64,000 nucleotides of DNA from Candidatus Staskawiczbacteria bacterium RIFOXYB1_FULL_38_37 (GCA_001822075.1 MHPK01000003.1:9437-73436), one strand, 5' to 3'. Numbered from the stretch's first letter, positions 52,272 through 60,409 are shown. The notes: generated by a model from the sequence alone, not told the origin. Made by a program: numbers and translations.

Positions 52272-52874
52272 ATGGAGATAGAATATGAGGCGACATTTTT
52301 GGATATAAATAAGGAAGAAATAAAGGAAAAATTAGAATCAGCTGGCGCGAAACTTGTGAAGCCCGAGTTTATGCAAAAGAGGGTTGTTTTTAATTTACCT
52401 GCTGGCCACGAAAAAGCGCATGCTTGGCTAAGGGTTAGAGACGAACAAGACAAAATAACAATGAGCTATAAAGAAACGGGTACAAGCAAAATAGACGACC
52501 AAAAAGAAATATGTTTAGAGATAAACGATTTTAAAGCTGGCGAAGAATTTTTAAAATCAATCGGTTGTGAAAAAAAATCATATCAAGAAACAAAAAGAGA
52601 AATTTGGGAATTAGATGGCGTTGAAATTTGTATTGACGAATGGCCATTTTTGGAACCATTTGTGGAAGTAGAAGGAAAATCAGAAAAAGAGGTAAAAACG
52701 GTTTCTGAAAAAATCGGGTTTGATTATTCTAAGACATTATTTTGCGGAGTCACACCTATTTATGCAATGAAATATGATATTAAATTCGAAGTGATTAATA
52801 ATCAAACCCCAAGAATAACTTTTGATATGGAAAACCCGTTTCTGAAATTAAACAAGAAAAAGCATGACAGATAA
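52272..52874 (+). CDS. CYTH-domain protein (class IV adenylate cyclase / triphosphatase family)
   Basis: MEIEYEATF, WLRVRDE..ITMSYK, CIDEWPFLEPFVEVEG pattern. Confidence 0.65.
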   Translation: MEIEYEATFLDINKEEIKEKLESAGAKLVKPEFMQKRVVFNLPAGHEKAHAWLRVRDEQDKITMSYKETGTSKIDDQKEICLEINDFKAGEEFLKSIGCEKKSYQETKREIWELDGVEICIDEWPFLEPFVEVEGKSEKEVKTVSEKIGFDYSKTLFCGVTPIYAMKYDIKFEVINNQTPRITFDMENPFLKLNKKKHDR

Positions 52875-53397
52875 AAAAATAAAGATAGAAAGTTTTTATA
52901 AAAAATACTTTGGCTCAAATAAGGAAGTTGTTGAGCTTCCTTTGAAGGCATTGCGAGGACTGAAAAAAGAGGGTGTCAGTATTGAACAGTTTTTGGATTA
53001 TTTATGTCAAAAACAAGGATTACTGCTTCACGGTTCAATTCATCAAGCAAAAAATGGCAAATTAACCTCAAAGAGTAATAAGATTTTTGCATCAAATAAA
53101 TCTGCAATCGCCATAATGAGGTCTTTATATTCTAATGCAGATGTAAATTTGCAGTATTCATATTTCATTGACGATAGAAATCCGTTGACATTAAAAATAC
53201 ATACGCCGGCGAATGGAAAATTTACAAAAAAAGATTCAGGGTTTGTTTATATTGTAAAGAGTGAGGGATTCAAAAATGAGCCAAAAGGTTCTTGGCAATT
53301 TGTTAAAGAAACTGAAGAAATTGATTTTATTGCAGTTGTTGAAACAGAAAATGATGATTTCACCTATTCCGTAGAAATTTTTAATGACTTTGATTAA
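52864..53397 (+). CDS. hypothetical protein (177 aa)
   Basis: ORF track; 11-nt overlap with the upstream CYTH gene; no motif recognised. Confidence 0.5.
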   Translation: MTDKKIKIESFYKKYFGSNKEVVELPLKALRGLKKEGVSIEQFLDYLCQKQGLLLHGSIHQAKNGKLTSKSNKIFASNKSAIAIMRSLYSNADVNLQYSYFIDDRNPLTLKIHTPANGKFTKKDSGFVYIVKSEGFKNEPKGSWQFVKETEEIDFIAVVETENDDFTYSVEIFNDFD

Positions 53398-53416
53398 AAA
53401 TAATGTAAATAAAAAT

Positions 53417-54406
53417 ATGGAAAAAATTTATCCGCAAAAGTTAAGAATAGGGGATGAGGTAAGAATTATTGCGCCGTCGCGTTCCATGGCAATAATTTCA
53501 AAAGAAACAAGAGAAATAGCCAACAAACGTTTTGCTGATTTGGGTTTGAAATTAAGTTTTGGCAAACACATAGAAGAAAGCGACGAATTTATTTCTTCAA
53601 GCATAAAATCCCGCATAGAAGATTTTCATGATGCGTTTTCTAATAAAAACGTAAAAGCAGTTATCACGGCAATAGGCGGCTTTAACAGCAATCAACTTTT
53701 AAGGTATTTGGACTGGGATTTGATTAAAGAGAATCCTAAGATTTTTTGCGGATATTCGGATATAACTGCTTTAAATAACGCAATATTGGCTAAAACAGGT
53801 TTAGTTTCTTATTCCGGTCCACATTACTCAACATTCGGCCAGGAGCTCTATTTTGACTATACTTTGGAATATTTCAAAAAATGTTTATTTTCTGATGAGC
53901 TGTTTGAGATAGAACCAAGCGAGGAATGGAGCGATGATATGTGGTATAAAAATCAAAAAGAAAGGAATCTCATTAAAAATGACGGATTTTTAGTCATCAA
54001 CGAGGGCAAGGCATTGGGCACATTGCTTGGAGCAAACCTTTGCACGTTTAATTTATTGCAAGGCACGGAATATTTTCCGGAATTTCCCGAGAACACAATT
54101 CTTTTTGTAGAAGACGATGAAATGTCTAACGCAGTTACCTTTGACCGTGATTTGCAATCTCTTATACATCTACCCGAGTTCGAAAGTGTAAAAGGCATTG
54201 TAATTGGCAGGTTTCAAAACGCAAGTCAAATGACAAATGAACTTTTGATTAAAATTATTAAAACTAAAAAAGAATTAAATAATTTGCCGGTAATAGCAAA
54301 TGTTGATTTTGGCCATACAGACCCAAAAATTACTTTCCCAGTAGGCGGAGAAGTTAGTCTAGAAGTTAGAAATGGAGAAATAAAGTTAAGTATATCAAAA
54401 CATTAG
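53417..54406 (+). CDS. ldcA: LD-carboxypeptidase (peptidase S66, LdcA-like)
   Basis: Nucleophile motif CGYSDITAL, C-terminal VDFGHTDP; ATG 53417 is aa 12 of the track ORF. Confidence 0.8.
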   Translation: MEKIYPQKLRIGDEVRIIAPSRSMAIISKETREIANKRFADLGLKLSFGKHIEESDEFISSSIKSRIEDFHDAFSNKNVKAVITAIGGFNSNQLLRYLDWDLIKENPKIFCGYSDITALNNAILAKTGLVSYSGPHYSTFGQELYFDYTLEYFKKCLFSDELFEIEPSEEWSDDMWYKNQKERNLIKNDGFLVINEGKALGTLLGANLCTFNLLQGTEYFPEFPENTILFVEDDEMSNAVTFDRDLQSLIHLPEFESVKGIVIGRFQNASQMTNELLIKIIKTKKELNNLPVIANVDFGHTDPKITFPVGGEVSLEVRNGEIKLSISKH

Positions 54407-54414
54407 ATAATAAA

Positions 54415-54990
54415 ATGCAAAAAATAATTTTAGCGTCGCAGTCGCCGAGAAGGAGAGACCTGCTTAAACAAATTGGCTTGGAGTTTGAAATAGACCCAAG
54501 TAACTACGAGGAAGATATGACTTTAGACATGGAGCCGAGAAAATTGGCGGAGTATTTATCTTTAGGAAAGACAAAAGATGTGGCACAAAGGCACAAGGAT
54601 TCAATTATTATTTCGGCAGATACAATTATTGCTGTTGATAATGAGGTGTTTGGAAAACCGAAGACTCCGGAAAAAGCAAAATATATGTTGCAGAAACTTA
54701 GCGGGAGAGCTCATTCTGTTATAACTGGTTTTACTATAATTAATACAGAAATAAACAAACAAATTTCAAAATCAGTTGAGACCAAAGTTTATTTTAAAAA
54801 TATTTCAGAAGAAGAAATGGATGCATATATTGCTACGGGTGAACCATTGGATAAGGGGGGAGGTTATGCTATACAAGGCATGGCAGCTTTATTTGTGGAA
54901 AAAATAGAAGGAGATTATTTTAATATTGTAGGTCTTCCCATTATTGCGATAGTTGACGAGCTGAAAAATTTCGGTATTAAAATTTTATAA
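54415..54990 (+). CDS. maf: Maf-family nucleoside triphosphate pyrophosphatase
   Basis: ILASQSPRRRDLL, SADT, GGYAIQG motifs. Confidence 0.9.
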   Translation: MQKIILASQSPRRRDLLKQIGLEFEIDPSNYEEDMTLDMEPRKLAEYLSLGKTKDVAQRHKDSIIISADTIIAVDNEVFGKPKTPEKAKYMLQKLSGRAHSVITGFTIINTEINKQISKSVETKVYFKNISEEEMDAYIATGEPLDKGGGYAIQGMAALFVEKIEGDYFNIVGLPIIAIVDELKNFGIKIL

Positions 54991-54992
54991 AC

Positions 54993-55499
54993 ATGGAAAA
55001 AATATTACTTAAGGTAAAACCCTTTCAGGAAACGCTGCAAGCAGATATGTGCGGGCCGGCTTCGCTTAAAATAGTTTTGGATTATTACGGAATAGAAAAA
55101 TTAGAAAAAGAACTCGCAAAATTATGCAAAATAAAAAAAGGTTTGGGTTGGAATGATAAAGACATTAAAAAAGTAGCTGAAAAGCTTGGATTTAAAGTTG
55201 AAATAAAAAATAATAGCAGTTTTAAAGATATTGAAAAATGGCTTAAAAAAGGGGCGCCGGTTATAGTTGACTGGTTTACGCGGGGCAGGAATGATTATCC
55301 GGAATCAGAAACAGCCGACGGACATTATTCGGTTGTTTGCGGTCTAGACGATAAATTTATTTATCTGCAAGACCCGGAAATCGGAAAAATAAGGAAAATT
55401 AAAAGAGATGATTTTATGAGAGTTTGGTTTGATTTTAGCGGGGAATATATAAAGGTGGAAGAACTTATTGTGCGACAGATTATCGCAATATATAAGTAA
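54993..55499 (+). CDS. C39-like papain-fold cysteine peptidase domain protein
   Basis: ADMCGPASLKIVLDYYG (Cys) and DGHYSVVCG (His). Confidence 0.65.
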   Translation: MEKILLKVKPFQETLQADMCGPASLKIVLDYYGIEKLEKELAKLCKIKKGLGWNDKDIKKVAEKLGFKVEIKNNSSFKDIEKWLKKGAPVIVDWFTRGRNDYPESETADGHYSVVCGLDDKFIYLQDPEIGKIRKIKRDDFMRVWFDFSGEYIKVEELIVRQIIAIYK

Positions 55500-55509
55500 A
55501 ATTTATTGA

Positions 55510-55558
55510 GGCATTGACAGGGCAGTTTAATGTGATAAGATAAATTATCATTGAAAAT
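55510..55558 (+). promoter_or_regulatory. promoter/operator block, copy 1
   Basis: GGCATTGACA..., extended -10 TGATAAGAT, near-palindrome TGATAAGATAAATTATCA, ...ATCATTGAAAAT; 49-nt block repeated at 56306-56354. Confidence 0.6.
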
Positions 55559-55742
55559 ATGATACAAAAAATCGTCCAATCAATTTTGCAATCAACCAGC
55601 ACCTCTGCTGTGTCTTATTATTATTCACGCCCTTCCACGAGGTTAGTTTTAAGGTGCCGAAATAATAGTATGGACAATCTATAAACACTATCTACTAAAA
55701 TTTCGACTTTTAAAACTGGTCTCGCGTGAGACCAGTTTTTTG
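55548..55742 (+). ncRNA. ~195-nt promoter-to-terminator transcript (sRNA or mRNA of a 43-aa ORF from ATG 55559)
   Basis: Bounded by block copy 1 and a strong terminator; possible peptide MIQKIVQSILQSTSTSAVSYYYSRPSTRLVLRCRNNSMDNL has no SD. Confidence 0.3.
55714..55742 (+). terminator. intrinsic terminator
   Basis: AACTGGTCTC-GCGT-GAGACCAGTT followed by TTTTT. Confidence 0.8.
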
Positions 55743-55803
55743 TTCTTTGACAAAGTCCTCGTAAGAGGCAAACTCCGGCTATGCCGGGAAAGGTTGGTGT
55801 AGG

Positions 55804-56193
55804 ATGTCACAGTGTGAAAGAATCAGTGGTGGGCCCGATAAGTTTGATCTGGTGGTTGCTTTGTTCACAGGAAGAAGGGTTTGGTTTAGGTTGGAATCAA
55901 AACCAGATGGAGAGAAATTGGCAGTCATAATAACCTCAATAATGCTGGAAGAGGCTCTGCCAGAAGTGCATATGGTGCCGATGGAGGGTAGGTATGACCA
56001 CCTTATTATCGGCGGATACTTTGTGCTTCCTTGCAAGGAGGGCGAAGCCTTCAAATATCAGGACTTTAAGGGATTTTATAATCCCGGGCCTGCATATAAG
56101 AATGGTTATCTCGACATCGAAGATTCCGTCACTGTTGGGGACCTCACCGGCACCAGTAATGATGGTGGTTTTAGTTCTTACCTTGGCGAGTGA
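55804..56193 (+). CDS. hypothetical protein (129 aa), GC-richer island
   Basis: ORF track; followed by a terminator; no motif recognised. Confidence 0.55.
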   Translation: MSQCERISGGPDKFDLVVALFTGRRVWFRLESKPDGEKLAVIITSIMLEEALPEVHMVPMEGRYDHLIIGGYFVLPCKEGEAFKYQDFKGFYNPGPAYKNGYLDIEDSVTVGDLTGTSNDGGFSSYLGE

Positions 56194-56210
56194 CTCGTCG
56201 CTTTTACCCA

Positions 56211-56240
56211 GCCCGCATCACAAGATGCGGGCCTTTTTTA
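56211..56240 (+). terminator. intrinsic terminator
   Basis: GCCCGCAT-CACAAG-ATGCGGGC followed by CTTTTTTA. Confidence 0.8.
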
Positions 56241-56305
56241 TTCCAGCTACTAAGTGCAACACACAACCCATCACGGATCAAACGCATATTTTATTGTGCG
56301 ACAAA

Positions 56306-56354
56306 GGCATTGACAATGCCTTCTGATGTGATAAGCTAAATAATCATTGAAAAT
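56306..56354 (+). promoter_or_regulatory. promoter/operator block, copy 2
   Basis: GGCATTGACA (TTGACA 56310-56315), TGATAAGCT extended -10, ...TAAATAATCATTGAAAAT; same length and geometry as copy 1. Confidence 0.6.
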
Positions 56355-56695
56355 TATTAAAACCATTGATTCATGTCCCTGAGGCGTCAGCCGAAGGGGT
56401 GGGCATGATTCGCCCCGTCATTCGACAGGGCAAGGTGGCTTATGCATTAGTGTAAGCCCGGCTTCCTCCGTAATCATAGGATAATCGTTGGAGTCCGCCT
56501 CCGCTAAAGCTATGGCGCGACAAAGTCGATGAGAGTGTCCGTAAATTTTATTTGCGGAAACAAAGGTGGTACCGCGAGATAACCTCTCGTCCTTTGAGCA
56601 TAATTTATTTATGCCTAAAGGATGGGAGGTTTTTTGTTTTTGGGAGCATCCCAAGAGAACTTTCCAATAGCTCTTTTCCAATAAGGGGAAAAGCC
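56345..56695 (+). ncRNA. ~350-nt GC-rich structured leader / RNA element, unassigned
   Basis: Hairpins GGGGTG...CGCCCC (56396-56416), GGCTTA...TAAGCC (56437-56458), GGAG-TCCGC-CTCC, CGAGA-TAACC-TCTCG; no convincing ORF. Confidence 0.35.
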
Positions 56696-57184
56696 ATGAG
56701 TACCGTTTCTTCTGACAGGTTTCGGGTTTGGAAGATCATTGTGGCCGGACCAGGAATTAGAGAGTGTTTCCGTAGGGTGCTTAGCGAGGCCGGGCGCGCT
56801 GTAATTCCCGAGGAAACTCAATTTGATCTGGTCAAGGTTACGGTTGCTGACCTCGGATTTAAAGAGGGCGCACAACTTAATCAAATTTATGTTCGTGCTG
56901 AGAAGTTAGGGTTGGAATTATGTCCGCCTGAAGTTGGCGAGCAGCTGGAGTTTCAGTATGATGGGCAGTGTATAAAGCAATCCGAAGGCGCGTCGATTCT
57001 TATTGCCATGGAGGCCATCTATCTTGCGAATGTCCCCGGATACGCTGGTCACTATGTCGTATTCTTCTTGGCCGACGAGTCGACCGACCAGTATGCCAAG
57101 GCTCAACTTTTCCGCAAATTCATTAATCCAGGCCATGTTTGGGCTCCAGATGATGAATGGGTGTTTGTCCTTCCGCACAAATAG
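56696..57184 (+). CDS. hypothetical protein (162 aa), GC-richer island
   Basis: In-frame ATG (aa 49) of track ORF 56552..57184, preceded by AAGGGGA; the upstream part runs through the structured leader. Confidence 0.55.
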   Translation: MSTVSSDRFRVWKIIVAGPGIRECFRRVLSEAGRAVIPEETQFDLVKVTVADLGFKEGAQLNQIYVRAEKLGLELCPPEVGEQLEFQYDGQCIKQSEGASILIAMEAIYLANVPGYAGHYVVFFLADESTDQYAKAQLFRKFINPGHVWAPDDEWVFVLPHK

Positions 57185-57202
57185 CGAGTAGTTGCAAAAG
57201 GT

Positions 57203-57234
57203 TGGGAGTAATCCTTTAAAACTCCCATTTTTTT
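57203..57234 (+). terminator. intrinsic terminator
   Basis: TGGGAGT ... ACTCCCA followed by TTTTTTT. Confidence 0.7.
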
Positions 57235-57268
57235 CAACAGTCCCCTTTATGTTCAATGGAGGTGTGTT

Positions 57269-57472
57269 ATGTCTCGCGATCGAAAAGTGTCAGTTCGTTT
57301 TGCCACGGTTGTCTCGCAGAATTTGCCCGACATTTCTGTTGAAAAGATGGAATGGCTCATGAAACATCCCAAGATTTTGCGCATATTCTTGGCGCCAATT
57401 TCGTCTCGGAGATTTTTTAGGGAGACAAGAGAAAAATTGGCAAAAAAGAGATGTGAAAATGGAAGAGAGTGA
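57269..57472 (+). CDS. hypothetical small protein (67 aa)
   Basis: Strong SD GGAGGT 7 nt before the ATG. Confidence 0.5.
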   Translation: MSRDRKVSVRFATVVSQNLPDISVEKMEWLMKHPKILRIFLAPISSRRFFRETREKLAKKRCENGRE

Positions 57473-57680
57473 AAAATTACCGGAATATAATCCGGAGCAG
57501 ACGTGTAAAAAGTGTGGCAAATCTCTTCCTATTTGGCGGCTCCATCTTTTTTCGGGGGAGAAAAGGAAAAGACTGGCGCACAACTTCTGCCCGTCAAGCG
57601 AAGCTATCAAAGGCAGGATTGTGGAAATTTGCATGAAGTGCAAAATGGATGAGATTGTTAAAAAATGGGAAAACCCATAA
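57453..57680 (+). CDS. small zinc-ribbon protein (75 aa)
   Basis: CKKCGK ... CMKCK (two CxxC pairs); GTG 57453 or ATG 57459; overlaps the upstream ORF. Confidence 0.45.
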   Translation: MKMEESEKLPEYNPEQTCKKCGKSLPIWRLHLFSGEKRKRLAHNFCPSSEAIKGRIVEICMKCKMDEIVKKWENP

Positions 57681-57683
57681 CGC

Positions 57684-57715
57684 GAGCGCTGGCCCAATAA
57701 CCAGCGCTCTTTTTT
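57684..57715 (+). terminator. intrinsic terminator
   Basis: GAGCGCTGG-CCCAATAA-CCAGCGCTC followed by TTTTTT. Confidence 0.8.
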
Positions 57716-57750
57716 GTGTTTGCGACGGCTAGACCTGCATAAGATGAGAT

Positions 57751-58863
57751 ACATAGGTAACACCCCCATTTTACCAAAAACTGGTAAGATTAGGACAAAT
57801 GTTAACTTATCTCATCAACATGGTATATGAAACCTATTGGGCCGCCCTCAAACGGGCACAAGCCCCTTTTGATAAAGCAGTTCACTGGCGCAAAGTCGCC
57901 AAAGCATTAAAGCTAAGCCAAAAAGCCTGCGGTCGTCTTGAATGGATGATATTTTATCAATTCACAGCAGAGAACAACGCCTCTTTAACCTGTCGTCATT
58001 TCGGCATCAACCGCAAGCTCTTTTACACATGGCTTAGCCGTTTCGACGATTCTAATTTAAAAACCCTGGAAGACAAAGACAAAGCTCCAAAACATGTCAG
58101 GCAAAAAGAAATTACGCAGACAGAAGAGAGCAGGATAATTGAATTAAGAAAGAAATATATCCGTTGGGGTAAAATCAAACTGAAAACTCTTTACAAAAAC
58201 ATTTATTCAGAAGAAATCTCTTCGTGGAAAATCCAATACACAATTAAGAAATACAAGTTGTATTACCACCCGATAAAAAACGAAAAGATGCAAAAGAAAA
58301 GGAAGCGAAACCAAAAGAAGAAACGCATTACCGAACTTGCAAAGAAACAACAGCCGGGCTTCCTCATCAGTTTTGATACCATTGTGATATACTGGAATGG
58401 GATAAAGAGATATATATTCACCGGCATTGATTCCGTCTCCAAAGTTGCTTTTGCCAGGATGTACACAACCAAATCTTCTTACAACGCTCGAGATTTCCTT
58501 CAAAGAATGCATTATCTGCTTGAAGGGAAGATGTTGAATGCCGGACACGATAACGGATCTGAATTCTGCAAGCTGTTTCAACAACAACTAAAAGAACTTG
58601 ACATTACCCAGTATCTTTCCAGGCCGCACACTCCGACAGACAATCCGGTTTGCGAGAAATTCAACCAAACCTTGCAACAAGAATTCATTGACCTCGGCAA
58701 CTTCACGCCCGACTGCGCAGAATTCAACCGTTTGCTTACCGAGTGGTTGATAGAATACAACTTTGTCAGACCCCACCAAGCGCTCGGATATTCAACGCCA
58801 ATACAATTTACCGAGAAAACATTAAAAGTGTTACCTATGTGGCCGTCTCGTGCAAGACCTTGA
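57751..58863 (+). mobile_element. IS481-like insertion sequence
   Basis: 13-bp terminal inverted repeat ACATAGGTAACAC (57751-57763) / GTGTTACCTATGT (58828-58840) around a DDE transposase whose stop lies just beyond the right repeat; no target duplication seen. Confidence 0.6.
57799..58863 (+). CDS. DDE transposase, integrase-core (rve) type, IS481-like
   Basis: N-terminal HTH; DTIVIYW..., HDNGSEF, NPVCEKFNQTLQQEF (D, D, E), YNFVRPHQALGYSTP. Confidence 0.85.
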   Translation: MLTYLINMVYETYWAALKRAQAPFDKAVHWRKVAKALKLSQKACGRLEWMIFYQFTAENNASLTCRHFGINRKLFYTWLSRFDDSNLKTLEDKDKAPKHVRQKEITQTEESRIIELRKKYIRWGKIKLKTLYKNIYSEEISSWKIQYTIKKYKLYYHPIKNEKMQKKRKRNQKKKRITELAKKQQPGFLISFDTIVIYWNGIKRYIFTGIDSVSKVAFARMYTTKSSYNARDFLQRMHYLLEGKMLNAGHDNGSEFCKLFQQQLKELDITQYLSRPHTPTDNPVCEKFNQTLQQEFIDLGNFTPDCAEFNRLLTEWLIEYNFVRPHQALGYSTPIQFTEKTLKVLPMWPSRARP

Positions 58864-58909
58864 CATGGTTTTATAATCTGCTATACTTACTTTAGTTAAG
58901 TAAAGTGAT

Positions 58910-59236
58910 ATGACTACTAAAAAAGATAACAAAAAAATAAAGGAGTTAACGGAAGCTGTTTTAGCATTAAAAACTCGCAATGAAGCGAGGAGATTTTTTC
59001 GTGATTTGCTTACAGAAAAAGAGCTTATTGAATTTGGCAACAGATGGAAAGCCGCGAAAATGTTATCAAAAAATATTAAATATACAGAAATAGAAAAAGA
59101 GACAGGCTTAAGTTCAACAACAGTCGCCCGTGTTTCAAAATGGCTAAATTCCGGCAAGGGTGGCTATAAGCTGATGTTAAAAAGATTAAATCATCAACAC
59201 AACTTTCTCTTGCGAGAAGAGAATGGTTGTGGTTAG
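58910..59236 (+). CDS. TrpR-related YerC/YecD-family DNA-binding protein
   Basis: FFRDLLTEKELIEFGNRW...YTEIEKETGLSSTTVARVSKWL. Confidence 0.75.
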   Translation: MTTKKDNKKIKELTEAVLALKTRNEARRFFRDLLTEKELIEFGNRWKAAKMLSKNIKYTEIEKETGLSSTTVARVSKWLNSGKGGYKLMLKRLNHQHNFLLREENGCG

Positions 59237-59272
59237 TTTTTAATAGAATTATTTTATTTATCCACGCCCGTT

Positions 59273-59295
59273 CCCTTCTCAGAAGGGATTTTTTA
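59273..59295 (+). terminator. intrinsic terminator
   Basis: CCCTTC-TCA-GAAGGG followed by ATTTTTT. Confidence 0.65.
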
Positions 59296-59336
59296 TTCCC
59301 TGGAAGGAAATGTTCTTTTACAAAAGGAGAAACGCT

Positions 59337-59693
59337 ATGGTGCCAAAGTTTAGGAGGGTTATGTTTTACTACGACCCGGTAAAAAACGGGATGGCGTATA
59401 TGGAAATTATCGCCGCCAATATTTTTGATGCCAAAACCAGGGAACACCTGATTGCAGCGTCAATGAATTTTCAAGCATGGGGGCTGACTATGCGGACGAG
59501 AATTCTTCATCTTTGGTCAACCCAAAGGAATGAGTTGTGGCACAAGGGAGCGACTTCCGGAAACGAAATGGAAGTTGTCGAGGCATTCCTTGACTGCGAC
59601 CGTGATGCAGTTGACGTTTACGTCAATGTCAAAGGCGATGGCATCGCTTGCCACACAGGGGAAAGAAGTTGTTTTTACAATAAAGTCTCATAA
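59337..59693 (+). CDS. hisI: phosphoribosyl-AMP cyclohydrolase-like (HisI family)
   Basis: LWHKGATSGN, DCDRDA, ACHTGERSCFY motifs; AAGGAG 7 nt before ATG 59337. Confidence 0.8.
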   Translation: MVPKFRRVMFYYDPVKNGMAYMEIIAANIFDAKTREHLIAASMNFQAWGLTMRTRILHLWSTQRNELWHKGATSGNEMEVVEAFLDCDRDAVDVYVNVKGDGIACHTGERSCFYNKVS

Positions 59694-59701
59694 GATATTC
59701 A

Positions 59702-59733
59702 AGTCCCTTAGCTAATGTTAGGGGACTTTTTTT
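59702..59733 (+). terminator. intrinsic terminator
   Basis: AGTCCCTT ... AGGGGACT followed by TTTTTT. Confidence 0.65.
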
Positions 59734-59803
59734 GTTTGACATTTTTGTTTATTTGTTTTAGTATAAAGCATTGGCGGTTTATCACTTTGTTCTTTGAAAG
59801 GAA

Positions 59804-60358
59804 ATGGCGATGGCAAGGTATCGAATAGTCAAAAAGTTCCGTTCAAACGGAGAAGAGGTCATAATTCGCTATCCTAAGATTAGTGATGGCGACGACTTGC
59901 TTCGCAATATCAATTCTCTTGTTGAGGAACGCGCATTTATCGCTCTTGAAAAGAAGCAGACAAAAGCCGGCGAAAAAAAATGGCTGGCCACTCTGTTAAA
60001 AAATGTAAGGGGCAAAAAGATTGTAGCCTTAGTTGCAGAAATCAACGGAAAAGTGGTTGGCCTATCGCAGGTTGAAAAGAACTCAAAAGATGCCTTTTCT
60101 CATGTCGGAGGCTTTGGAATCAGTTTGATTAAAGAAGCAAGAGGCAGGCATATCGGGGAACGTTTGGCTAAAGCCGTTATTGCAGAGGCGAAAAGGGTTC
60201 TTAAGGTCAGAATTGTTACCCTCGGCGCTTATGCATGTAATCGGCCTGCAGTCGACTGTTATCGCAAATGCGGATTTGTAAAAACCGAAATTATGAAAGG
60301 AGGTATAAAATATCACGGAAAGTTTTTGGACCGCATTCGCATGGTAAAATACCTTTGA
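59804..60358 (+). CDS. GNAT-family N-acetyltransferase
   Basis: Acetyl-CoA-binding-type segment RGRHIGERLAKAVIAEAK; size. Confidence 0.7.
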   Translation: MAMARYRIVKKFRSNGEEVIIRYPKISDGDDLLRNINSLVEERAFIALEKKQTKAGEKKWLATLLKNVRGKKIVALVAEINGKVVGLSQVEKNSKDAFSHVGGFGISLIKEARGRHIGERLAKAVIAEAKRVLKVRIVTLGAYACNRPAVDCYRKCGFVKTEIMKGGIKYHGKFLDRIRMVKYL

Positions 60359-60377
60359 AAAAGCCCTCTTCTGAGGC

Positions 60378-60400
60378 CCGAGCATCTGCTCGGTTTTTTT
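60378..60400. terminator. hairpin between convergent genes
   Basis: CCGAGC-ATCT-GCTCGG followed by TTTTTTT. Confidence 0.7.
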
Positions 60401-60409
60401 ATTATGCGA

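Noticed and set aside
56396-56432. tmRNA-like start (GGGG...ATTCGACAGGG)
   Set aside because: There is no tRNA-like 3' end (no T-arm or ACCA-proximal acceptor partner) and no tag-like reading frame ending in a hydrophobic tail. The resemblance is limited to ~10 nt.
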